A stretch of 64,000 nt of DNA from Vitrella brassicaformis CCMP3155. Taxonomy: Eukaryota > Protista > Chromerida. A model generated the notes under the pieces. The model made no database searches. It saw nothing but the letters and a program-made list of their open reading frames with translations, and had not been told where the DNA came from. The stretch covers positions 265,597-329,596 of the forward strand of contig CDMY01000581.1 in assembly GCA_001179505.1 (NCBI GenBank). Reading direction: 5' to 3'. The position numbers were made by a program, and so were the translations under genes. Position 1 is the first letter of the stretch; every line of letters begins with the position of its first letter. Of the stretch, positions 24,101-35,408 are shown one piece after another.

Positions 24101-27100
24101 CGTACGCATCTGTCTGCACACACATGCACATGACACACTCATACATGACATGACATGCACGTGTGTGGTGTGTGGTTGCAACATGCATGGCTCATCAGGA
24201 CGAGTGTTTGGTGTGGAAGCCGTCCATCAGGATGTCGCCCAAGCAGGCCGACCTGCTGCGGATCGCCCAGCCGCCGCGCGTCATGCTGACGGCGGCGCAG
24301 TTGCTGGGCCCGGCCGACAGCAAGCGCTACGCCGGCAGCCTCATCGATGGCGTCCACGTCGACATGGCCCTCGGACAGCCATTCGGCTACCGAACTGATG
24401 GTGGGTGGCCTCACAGAGAGCAGGCCTCGATGGTGATTGTTGGGGGATTGGGGGTGGGGTGCATTGATTGTCTTGCGTGCGCTTCAGGGGAGAAGAGGGC
24501 GCGGCTGTGTTGGTTCCCCCCTCTCGATTTGAAGGACCCATCGCTGGACGGCACCGTGCTCACCTTCAATGCCAGCGGACAGACGTACGGCGTGAGAGCA
24601 CAACACACATGCGCACATACGCAGAAAGGGATGGATGGATGGGTTGTGCAGGGTGACGTTTGAGTCCAAGGGCAAGGACCCCGGCATCGGCACTGGCGCA
24701 GTCGTGCTCTTTGACCCCATCCAGGGCGGGACGGACGTCTGTGACGGTAACCAACACACACACACACACACACATGGCAGCCAACCGCTCAACACACGCG
24801 TCTGTCTCCTTGTTGTTTGTATGCAGCTGACAAGATCGCCCAGCAGCTCAACGCCTCGTTCCCCAACGGCGACCCCCAGCCGCTGCCCCCCTGCGCCCGC
24901 CACGCACAGACCCTCAAGCCCGTCCCCCCTCCCAAACCCACACAGACGGGCGCACCGCTCGATGGCGCACCCAGCACCACCACCCGCCCCACAGCCGCAG
25001 CTAAGAGCAAACAGAAGAAACCCAAGGCCAAGGGGGCTGCTGCAGCCGCAGCATCAGCTGCCGACGCTGGTGCTAGTGCGGCGGCCGGAGCAGCAGCGGC
25101 AGCTTCGGTGGGCGGTGCTGGTGACATGGTGGACGAGGAGGAGCTGGACCTGGACGTGCAGGACGCCCTCGAGGAGTCACTACACCTGGCCAGGCAGCAC
25201 CGGGGCGGCGACGGCGAAGGCGATGGAGCGTCGTCCGAGAGCGGAGATGAGGAGTCGGAGAGTGAGTCACCGGAGGGTGCGAGTGCAAGTGCGGATGAGG
25301 AGGCCTTAGCTGAGCGCATGGACCGCTATCTCGAGGAGAGGAACCGTGTCCTCAACAGGGGCACGCGCGCAAGGGGTGAGGGGGCTGGCGGGGCGGCTGG
25401 GGGCGAGTGGCTGCGCACACGCAAGGTCGAGGAGGCTGTCGTCGTGCTGCTCGACGTCTCAGGTAACCACAAACCCCACACTCCCTGGCTCACCACCCAT
25501 GCATCCATCAGTGTATGTATCTCCGTCCATCCCTTCAGAGTCGATGACTGACCGAGCCTTCCCGTCTCACTATGGCGCCCCTCCGGCGGACAGGACCCCC
25601 GAGTGGGACCCATCCGCCCCACAGGGCTTCCTCTCCTTCTTCCCGGAGACCTGGAGCGAGAATGACATCTTCCGTCTGTTCCAGGCGCAGATGGGCTCCA
25701 ACATCATCCGCCCTCGCGGCATCCGCATCCTCAGACACAGAGAGACAGGCATCTCCAAGCGACAGGTACGGTGTCTGTCGGTGTGAGGGGTGGTGGGTGG
25801 CCCATTTGTGTATGCCTGTGGGGCCGACTGGCCGGCCAATTAACAGGCATTTGTTGATTTTGTGGATGTGGCTTCGGCCAATGCGGCCTTGACGAAGCTG
25901 GATGGCTTCCTGGTTACGAGCGAGACGCCCTCAGTGCGCATCAAGCTTCGGAAGGCCGAGGCGGGGCCAAGGGGGCGGGACAGGTGAGGCAAGAGAGAAT
26001 ATTGCGCCGACACATGATGGATGGATGGATGGATGCATCGACACATGAGCGGATGGCGTGTGCCTGTCTGTCCGTTAAATCAGGTCGTTCCTGTCTCGGC
26101 TGGATACGGTCAAGCAGCTGTTCAACTGTTTTGCGAATCGTGTGGAGGCATGTGAGCAGCCGAACACAGCACAGCCATCGAACCAACCAAGACGCCACTG
26201 GCTTGTTGGTCCTGATGAAGCACTCACTTACCCTGCTGGCTGATGCAGACGACTGCCGGCTGAGCATTGGTTTGGTGGCCTTTGGCGACAACGTGGTCAT
26301 CTCACAGCCACTCACATCCGCCGTAGAAGGTAACTCAATGAGCCACTGAATTAGTGAGCACAAGGACCCCCCCACACTCATCGCTGTCTCGGCCTCAGAC
26401 TTCAAGGTGTCCTTAGACGAGGCGACGGCCGAGGGTCAGACGCGGCTCTACGACGCCATCGACGTGGCTACCAACATGCTGGTCGAGTACTGCAACCGTG
26501 TCGAGGGTGTGACGGATGACACTGACGATGAGGAGACCGAGGAGCCTTCAACCAGCGAGCCCGGCACGGACGGCACGCAGCGGTCCCTGTCGTCCATCGG
26601 GTCGCCGGAAGCCCAGCCAATGCCATTCTCGGCCGCTCACTCCGGAAGGGGTGGTGGACGGGGCGCCGGCAGGTACACACACATCCATCCACACATGCAC
26701 AGACAGACAGACAGACAGACACAAACGTGGTGCTGTGCTGTGCTGTCGTGACATGTATGTATGTCAGAGGGCTGTATCACTTGATGTCAAGGACGCTCGG
26801 CCCCCCATCCCCCCTCCTTCCCTCGTCTTGCCCACTAGCTCCACCACCACACGCGGCAAACCCAAGCCATCGTCAGCCAAACAGCAGCAGCCACAGCCCA
26901 CGGTCAGTGCAGGAATGCCCGAGGGTCGCATTCGCCGTCGCATCCTGGCATTGGCCGATGGGGAGGACACCGTCAGCCAGAGGACGGCAGTCGACGTGCT
27001 GAAGAGGCTGCATAGCAACCCGTGTCGTGCTGGACGCCGTACTCGTCGGCGCCTTCCCGCCTGCCCAAGTTGCCCCCAAAACACGGTGAGGGAGAGAGAG

Positions 27101-29276
27101 AGAGAGAGAGAGGCACGCAGGCGATCGACAGTTTAGAATTGATGCTTTGTGTCATTCATGATGTGTGTGTAGAATATTGGGTGCGATGGCGCGTGCGAGC
27201 GGTGGGTGCTGGCTGGAACCGAAGGACCTGAACCAGGCGCTGCAGCTCTTCGAGCGGGAGAACATGCTCGAGACCAAGACACGCACAACCAGATACATCA
27301 AAACGGTCAATAACCCCCCCACCTCCCCTCACACGCATCCGTGCCTCCAGCCATCTATCCATCGTTGCGTCTCCCTCCCTTCTTGTTCTCTCTGCAGGGT
27401 GCGTTCGGTTCGGTGGATGAGCTGACCAAGATGGTCAAGACCAACCCCAAGCCCGACGAGACGGAGTCCTTGGCAGTGCCTCTCGGCCTGCAGAACCCCA
27501 ACCAGACCGAGTTCGTGGTGCTGCCGTCCACCATCCTCTCGCAGGCAAACACCATACTCGCCGCCAACGTGACCGGCATGGGACCCATGGGACCCACTGC
27601 TGCCAGTCCTGGTAGTCCTGGTCCTGCGGGTGGTCATGGTGGTGCTGGTGGTGCGGTTGGCAGTGTGGCCAACCCCGCCAGACGGATGAAGCGGATCATC
27701 AATGAGCTGCAGAACGTAGAGGTGAGTGAGTGAGGGAGAGAAAGTGGGTGGGCACACGTGTGATTGTGTGACTGTTTGTGGGGATGTGTTGTGTGTATAC
27801 GTGCAGGAGAACCCTCATCGCAAGATCCACGTGTTCCCGTGTCGCGACGATCTCAACTACTGGAGAGTGGTCATCCAGGGGCCCACAGACACACCTTACT
27901 CAGGAGGTGAGGTGCATCAGCCAATGAGGCCGACCTGCCGACTAGCCGACCAGCATCCACTGTGACACGCTGCTGTGTGTGTAATGCAGGGTTGTTTCTG
28001 CTGTGGGTGGCCTTCCCGCCCGATTACCCCGCCGCCCCGCCATTGGTGCGTTTCGCTCAGGATCTGACGCGCATCATCCACGTCAACATCAACCCTGACG
28101 GAAAGTAAGACAGACCAAATGCAGGGGTGGGTGGGTGGGCCGGGCACATAACGTGGAGGCCGCGTGTGTCGATGTGTGTGTGTATGTATGTGTTCTGGGC
28201 GCGGCGCAGGGTTTGCCATCCCATCCTTGACCGCAGCTACTCCATGCAGACTCGCCTGCAGGAGGTACGGTGCGGTACGCGCCCACCGCACACGACACGA
28301 ACAGACGTTGTGATGGTTGGCCTGCCCTCCCTCTGGTCAGATTCTGACCATGGTGTATGCGCTGCTCTTCAACCCTGAACCGAAGGACCCCCTCGACTCA
28401 TTCCTCGCAAGTGAGTGAGTGGATGAGCCCACCACCCACCCAATCCTCACCACAACACAACAGCCCACACACACACATACATACGCACACACACGCATGG
28501 ACGCATCTCTGTCCCGTGTGTCGTCTTGGTCAATCCTGCAGACATGTACTGGACGAACCAGCAGGAGTTTTACGAGTATGCCCGCAGGGTGACCCGCGAC
28601 AAGTGCAGCTTATCCTTCGAAGAAATGCTGCCGCGCATCATGGACCCGGCCGCCTACGACCAGTGGCAGCGGGAGACCCCTTATCGATGCCCACTGGTCA
28701 GATATATCAATTGAGATATATAAGGCACTTTCCCCCTCCCCCGATGACTGACAACACACCGTCTTGTGTGACTGCAGACGCATCATTTCTTCAAGGATCC
28801 CGTGCGGACGCCTGACGGTATGACGTACGAGCGTGAGGCCATCAAGGAACACATCGAATCCAACGGGCCATTCGACCCGTTCATTGACAAGTGAGTGAGG
28901 ACACGACCCCACACGCGTCAGGTGCCCAGTGAAGGATGTGTGTGTCTTTGTGTGTGACGTGTGAATATATGCAGCCCGTTGTATGAGGAGAATCTGGAGG
29001 CGGATGTGCGGAAGAAGTGAGTGACCCAGGGCCAACACACACACACACACACACATACACACGGAACACCGATGCGTGCATGCATGCATGCATGCATGCA
29101 TCCATCCACCGACGCCCCGCCCCCCTTTGCCCCTCTGTCTGTGAACGCGTGTGTTTTGTTTTGTTTTGTTGGTGTGGTGTGTGCCATGCAGGCAGCAGGT
29201 GGTCGAGTACATCACCTCCAACTGCCCCTTCCTCGACCTCAACAGCCGATATGCACACACACACGCACACACATGA
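18185..29276 (+). CDS. Giant multidomain ubiquitin-system protein: Ubl/KHA-like, TPR, NYN(PIN), Zn-ribbon, RING, UIM, vWA with inserted RRM, UBC(E2), U-box
   Basis: About 35 exons join in frame with canonical splice sites, except for one extra C at 27019-27021. TPR: LRDRGNAAFNRG..AIEAYSLAI, PLYGNR|ALMHFKAGEYEKTIEDANTAL. NYN: VVLNCANL, IDDLF, DNDNYRD. RING: CPIC..CNC..CLSC..CPFC. vWA: LLDVSESM, GQTRLYDAI, LALADGED. E2: WRVVIQGPTDTPYSG, FPPDYPAAPP, HVNINPDGKVCHPIL. U-box: YRCPL|THHFFKDPVRTPDGMTYEREAI. Confidence 0.8.
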
Positions 29277-30657
29277 CTGACTGACAGATAGATAGGTGGA
29301 GAAAGAATGAAGGACACACATGATCCGATCCCTTCGTTACATGACATGTGTCCGTCCATGGGATACTGAGGAAAGTGATTGGATTGGAAGGTATGTATCT
29401 ATCTATCTTATTTATCTGACTTGCCTGTTGCTGTTGCTGGGTGGGGTGGGGTGGGGTGAGAGAGGGGTGAGAGAGGTGCCAGCCATTGATTGGTGTATGT
29501 AGAGTAGCAGCTGTACATACATACAGACTGACTGACAGCCAGAGAGGCAGACAGACAGACAGACAGAATTATGATGGATGAGCATTTGACCTGTCTCGTT
29601 GCTTTCTTGTTGCTCTTCCGGGAATCAATCGTCTTGCTGCCGCAAGTGACTTAGTGAGGGAGGGAATGGGCGGGGTCAGGTCAGGTCAGCTGGGGGGTGG
29701 GCGAGCCAGACATAATTTTTGGTCGGCCGGCAGCAAAACTGAGACTCAGACAATAATGATTGATACTGACTGGTCGATAATTGGCAACGCAGCACAGTGA
29801 ACGAACACTCACTCACACACGGCCGCACATGGACACACGAGAAGGTGGACACGAAGCAGACGGAAAGGCTGGGGCGCCAGCACCCAACCACGCATTATAG
29901 CATTTCGCAAAGAGAAAAGAGTGCAACCATTTCCTCATTCATTTATTCACTCATTCACCACACCAACACAGTAAGTAAGTATTCTCTCTTCCCTCACCTC
30001 ATGTGTGCTGTGCCTGCCTGCCTGGCCAGCCAGAGTCGGTCGCCTCACGGAAAGCTTCACTCAAACGTGAGATCGATCGACAGCAGATCGAGCACAAAAA
30101 AGAAAGAAACAAACTAACGACGAAATTAAAATTGCTAGCGGCACTTACTGGCTGCATGGCTCATATCTCCGCCATCTTCAAGGCGGCGGTGTGCCAGTCC
30201 AGGTATATATGGATAGATAATGTGTAATCGAAATGCACTCATAAAATAGCGGGCTGAAACTGACCACTTTCCGTCTGTCTGTCTGTCTCCGCTTTTCTAT
30301 CTGCCGGCGGTGGACCGTGTCCACGCGCACAGGAGCTTCATCTCATCTATAGCTAAGCACAACGAGACGAGACGAGACATGGGAGCACAAGACAATTGGC
30401 AGCTTGGCAGCACCTGGTACGCACAGCTGCGGCTGGCGTGTAATACGTATGTATGTGTACGTATGTATGTATGTATGTATCCGTGCACTCAAAGACCAGT
30501 TAAATGATTGATTCTACAAATGAATGCCTACAGACTCACACATGCAGTGCAGTCCGTGTCTACACAGCCCGCCACCCTGGACAGGACAGCAGCCCAGCCC
30601 AGCCCCCTCCTACAAAAACTGGTGGACTGGACACACAAAATGGCTGGGCTGGGCTGG

Positions 30658-33170
30658 CTACATGCCCTCTTTCTGGTGCGTAGACCCGCACCGCTCCGTA
30701 GTATGGATATTCGCCGCCCCCGACCACGTGCACTCATCCCCCTCGGTCAAGCCCTCCATTGCCGCCCCCTTCAGCGACTTCCGTCTGGCCATCAGGTTCT
30801 CCAGGCTGGTGGACGGCCGTGTCGACAGTGTCGACATCCTGCTGGCCTTGGCTCGGCCGCTGGCGACCTTGCTGTATGTGGTAGTAGTGGCGTCCTCTGT
30901 GTCTGGGGGGAAGGCGGAGAAGTCCTCACCTTGGATGCAGAGGGGATGTGGCTGTGGGTGTGGGGCGTCCTGCAGCCCCCCGCTGCCCTGGCTGTGAAGG
31001 CGGTCGACTTTGCTGGCCTTGCTGAATTTGCTGGTGCTGCGGGGGAGTCGCTTCAGCTCCATTTGGAAGTCTTCCATGCTGATGACTGCTCACAGGTAGC
31101 CAGCACACAAAGAGAGGCAGACATGGGCGAGGTGTGAGTAGGTCATGGTCCCTCTCTTTCTTACCTACCTACCTGAGTTGGAGGTACCCGGCGTCGGGTC
31201 TCCCACATCTGACAGGTCATTGTCTCCCTCTTCTTCTCCTTCTCCCTCGCTGAGGGGGCTTCTTTGGCTCAGGGGACTCTTGATCTCTCCCACATCTGGG
31301 GTGCCACGAGATGAACGATTTCGCTGACGAGCCTGAAATACATACATAGAGACACAACTCGTACAGCGGCAGGTGGGAACAATCGAGGACAGCTGGAAAT
31401 GTGCTGCCCAGATGCTCACCTTTCTCTGTCCCAAGGGACGGGCCGCCACCTCACGCAAGAGAAGCTTCCGGAACTGTACGTAGACGACCACAACCAGTTG
31501 ACCACAATACATACATAATTGTCTTCCCTCACTCCTTTTTGGCCACCCGTTTCCGTACGTGGTAGACGGGATCGTTCCAATTCGGCAGCGAGATGGACCG
31601 CCGCAGCGCTGAGGAGCCGCCGCTATTGTCTGTCGACTGGTCAAACGGTGGCAGCCGCGATGAGCTGGAGTTGTCCATGTCTCGCACGACCGACAGCGAT
31701 ATCTCTGTGCCATTAAACGAGGCTCCCGCGTTCTTGCGCGACTGCGAGATGTTGAGCAACTTCTGCGCCACCTTGCTCATCGGCTGGGTCTTGTGTCCTT
31801 CACCGGCCTCCTCTTCATCTTCTAGCTCAATCTCGGTGTCCGATTCAGATATAGTTCGCGCAATTTTCCATCTCTCGGTATACCTCCGCAGCAGGCTGCT
31901 GATGATCGCCGTCTGCGCCTTCGAGAATGCGTGCGTTCGGCGGTCTTCATAGCCCTTAAACAGAGACGCGGTCGAGACGGAAACGTAGAAGTTGTCTTCG
32001 TTCATCATGACAGTCCTCTGGATGGGATCGCGCCTGTCGCTCATAGGGGTGCTTTGCGCCGACCCGACGCTCCCGCGGCCGGCCCTTGCTCTGGCATTCC
32101 CGTCATGAGCGTCGCTGTCATCGCGCTCGGGTGTTTGGGAGCTGAGGGGGAGAGGGGGGAGGGGAACAGGATGTGGGGGATTGTGGAGGACGAGACCGAT
32201 GATCTGACGGAGATGGAAGAAATGGCCATCTGACATTTGGACAGCGAGACATGAATCCGATACATGTGGTGCTGTCTGTGTCGATTGCTTTGTACACGCA
32301 TTGTAATATTACATGGCATTTTGGCTTTGCCCGAGGCGAGTCTGTCCACTTCGTGGAAGCAGTCGCCGGGCCGCGTCAGGGCGAAGATGAGCAGCTTGCT
32401 CTGATAAACGCACACGTTGTCTCTTGTGGATGGCACGAGTTCTCTTTGTGACGTACAAGAAAGATTAGGAAAGGCTTCCTGCCCATGAAGGTGAAGATCG
32501 GGGCGTCGCTGTCGGTGGACTGGAAGAACTTGAGGAAGGACGGGTATTCCTCACGAACTCGCCGCTCGATCTCGTGCAGGGCCGCTGTGTACGCCTCCCG
32601 GTCGTACGACAGCCTGCATCATACACATGACAACAATCGTGCTCACATTCGCACCGACTGCACGAATGACGTGAACCTTAGTCACCTTAAAAACTTGGCG
32701 ACGACGTCCTCCACCTGTCTGCCACCATTGTCTCCGATTGTCAGCCCCAAGAGGGTGTTCCGCAGTCGCCGTCTCTCTTCCTCTTTGTTCTCCCAGCCCA
32801 CGATCGCCCCCTCGACCTCGGGGTCGAGCAGTACCTCCCCAGTCCGCCTGCCCAGCCGGCTTGTAGAGGTTTCGAGGCCGCCCAAAGGCATGCTCTCCGT
32901 CTGGGGTATGTATGGATTCAGCACGAGTTCGCACGTAGGGTCGTCGAGCAGCGCGACATCAGCGTCGCGGGCCCACTCGAATGACGGCAGCTGCTGGCTG
33001 GTGGAATTATCCTCTTCAGCGGCTGCCACTTCTGCTTGTGGGGACTCCATGATGATGTCCATGACGTGTCGCGGCCGTGAGAGGTGAGGCGGGAGCCTCC
33101 TGCTGCCTCCTGGGCTGGCCTTCCTCAGTGACCTGAGGCTGGTCTTGGGGCTTGAAAACCTTTGAGCCAT
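30658..33170 (-). CDS. Hypothetical protein, S/E-rich, multi-exon
   Basis: Long coding-like exons (ORFs 32682-33224, 31529-32236, 30658-31077) on one strand, separated by introns with canonical junctions. No family recognised. Confidence 0.65.
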
Positions 33171-33425
33171 CGCCTCCTGTTGCGGCTGGGACGCTAGGAG
33201 CGCCGAATTGAAAGAGCTCCACAACTTTTGCCCAGGGAGAAGGAACTGCTGGGCTCAAGGAAGCCAATTTTCCTTAGAGCTCGCAATTTTTGGGGACACA
33301 CAGGGGCCACAAAGTCTTCCCTTTTGCCCCCTTCGAATTAACTCGCTGCCAAAAGGATGCCTGCCAGCCGTGGGCGTTTGCGGCGCCTCCAGGAGGTGAA
33401 TCAGAGCGTGATCACGATCTTATTG

Positions 33426-35374
33426 ATGGCGACCTTGAGCGCGGGAGAAAGGCGGGGCTCCCATGAGGTCGTAGAGGAGAGGAGGCTACAAAATGACTCC
33501 ACACCCAAACCGCCTCCGCCTCCGCCTTTTTCCCCCCCTCCATTCACACCGCGTCCGCCGTCCCTCCCTCCATTCGGTAAAGACAGCGATGTCTGGGGCC
33601 ATTTGGAAGCGCGAAGGCCCTGTTTTGCGTTTCTGTGTGTTGCTATGCAGTGCATGAAAAGCTTCCAGACTACGTCAACGGTAAACAAACGGTCAGAATC
33701 CCGTTGTTCGCATACGGAAGATTATCGTCTTTGCTGCTTTCCTGATGCTGTGTTTGTGCAGCGACTCAGTTGCCTGGCGATAGTTTAGGGGTGGAGTTCG
33801 TTACCATCCCGTTCCACACAGACGAGAGCCTGTGGACAGCATGGCAGGCAAGCCACCAGGAAGACAGACAAACACACATACACGGAGGCCAGGATGAGTT
33901 GCATGTGTACATGTGTATGCATGCCTTTGTGTCCATCATTCGTTCGTTCAGGGCGACATAGGCACGTGGCAGCGCTTCATGCTCAAGGTGTCTTCCATCC
34001 CCGAGCTGACGTCCAAATGGGTTTTAGTGGAAATGTACTACGTCATCGACCCCTCATCCGATGTCTCCCTCTTTCCCCCCGCCTCACTCCAGCCCCCGGT
34101 CGTCGCCAGCTCTGCCCTTGCCACGAGCACCTTCCACGACCCTTTGCTGGTGCTCAAGAGTGGGGGGCCGCCTGCTTTTCTCGAGCCTGGGCAGAGCTCG
34201 TTGAGCTCAGAGAAAACTACTGTCAACAAGCGGGAGATCAACGCGAGGTCGGACAATGTTGACCTGCACGCTTATGTGCTGTGGAAGCCGTACCATTATG
34301 TGACACTGACGCCCAACGACCTGGCGTCTGCAGATTCGCTGCACACCTGGTACCAAAGGAAGGAATGTACCACATGAGTAGGTCCGCCCATGCCGTTCCT
34401 GTCTCTGTGCGCGCCAACATGCCTTTACAGGCATGTTGCTATCTTTGATTTTGCCCGTTTGGATCGCTCGAACAAGCTCAACTACTTCTTGAGAGTTCGC
34501 TACTTTGGTACGGAGGACAGCAGCTGCCAGCCGCTTCTTTCCGTCGATCCATGTCGGTCTGTCTGTCTGTATGTCTGCACATTGTCAACAGACGAGGCGC
34601 CCTGTCCGCGTCAGTGTCTGGGGAGGGGAAACTGTCGCGGCGGAAGATGTCAGTGCGCCAGGGGGTACGGAGATGAAGACTGCAGCTCAGGTAAGTCAGG
34701 ACATACAAGCACACGCGAGACGCACGTGTGCATGCATATGCAATTTGCGCCGTTGTGCAACGTTATATGGCTCTGTTTGTATGTATGTGACGCCAGAGGT
34801 GGGAGTGCTGCAGAATGGCAAGGATGTGTCCGGTCAGATCGACCCGGGGGTTGTGCACTACTACTACATCGACGCCAAACCAGGTCATGGTCATCTGTTT
34901 GTCTGCGGCATGTGGTTACATCATGCCCGTGTATATGTGTGCAGGCGAGAATCGTATGCTGATCATTGACTTCCAGAATCAGGGCGGCGACCCCTACCTG
35001 GTCATCAAGGGCAGCCAAACCAAGTCAGGCATGACACGTTTACACATAAGAAGTGAATGTGATGCACTGCTGTCTGTGTGTGGCTCTCCGTCACTCATTG
35101 TTTGACAGCAACTATAAGCTGCCGACACGACTGGTACCCGCAGACAAAGACACACTGAGAGACACACACACACGCAGGGAGAGAGAGGAAGAGATGTGTG
35201 TGTCTGTTTTGTGTGCACACAGGATCACAACTTCGACACGTACAATCTGAACAAGGAGAGGCAGCGGCACCAAAAGCTGCAGTTCCTCATCTCGGGATAC
35301 ACATTCGACAGATGGTTCATCGGTACCGCCGGCCCTTCCGCACACGTCTTTTTAGCTCTGCATCCGTGTAAGTG

Positions 35375-35408
<34 letters not shown>

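Noticed and set aside
24789-25319. Long antisense ORFs opposite GC-rich exons
   Set aside because: These are shadows of Ala/Gly/Ser-rich coding sequence with no independent motifs or splice support.
29084-29102. (TGCA)n / TGCATGCA as an ApiAP2 binding site
   Set aside because: It lies in an intron among many other microsatellites and cannot be distinguished from simple repeat expansion.
30020-30205. Coiled-coil-like exon (RKASLKREIDRQQIEHKKERNKL) in the intergenic region
   Set aside because: Isolated, with no start or partner exons. It could be a relic, but I cannot support that.
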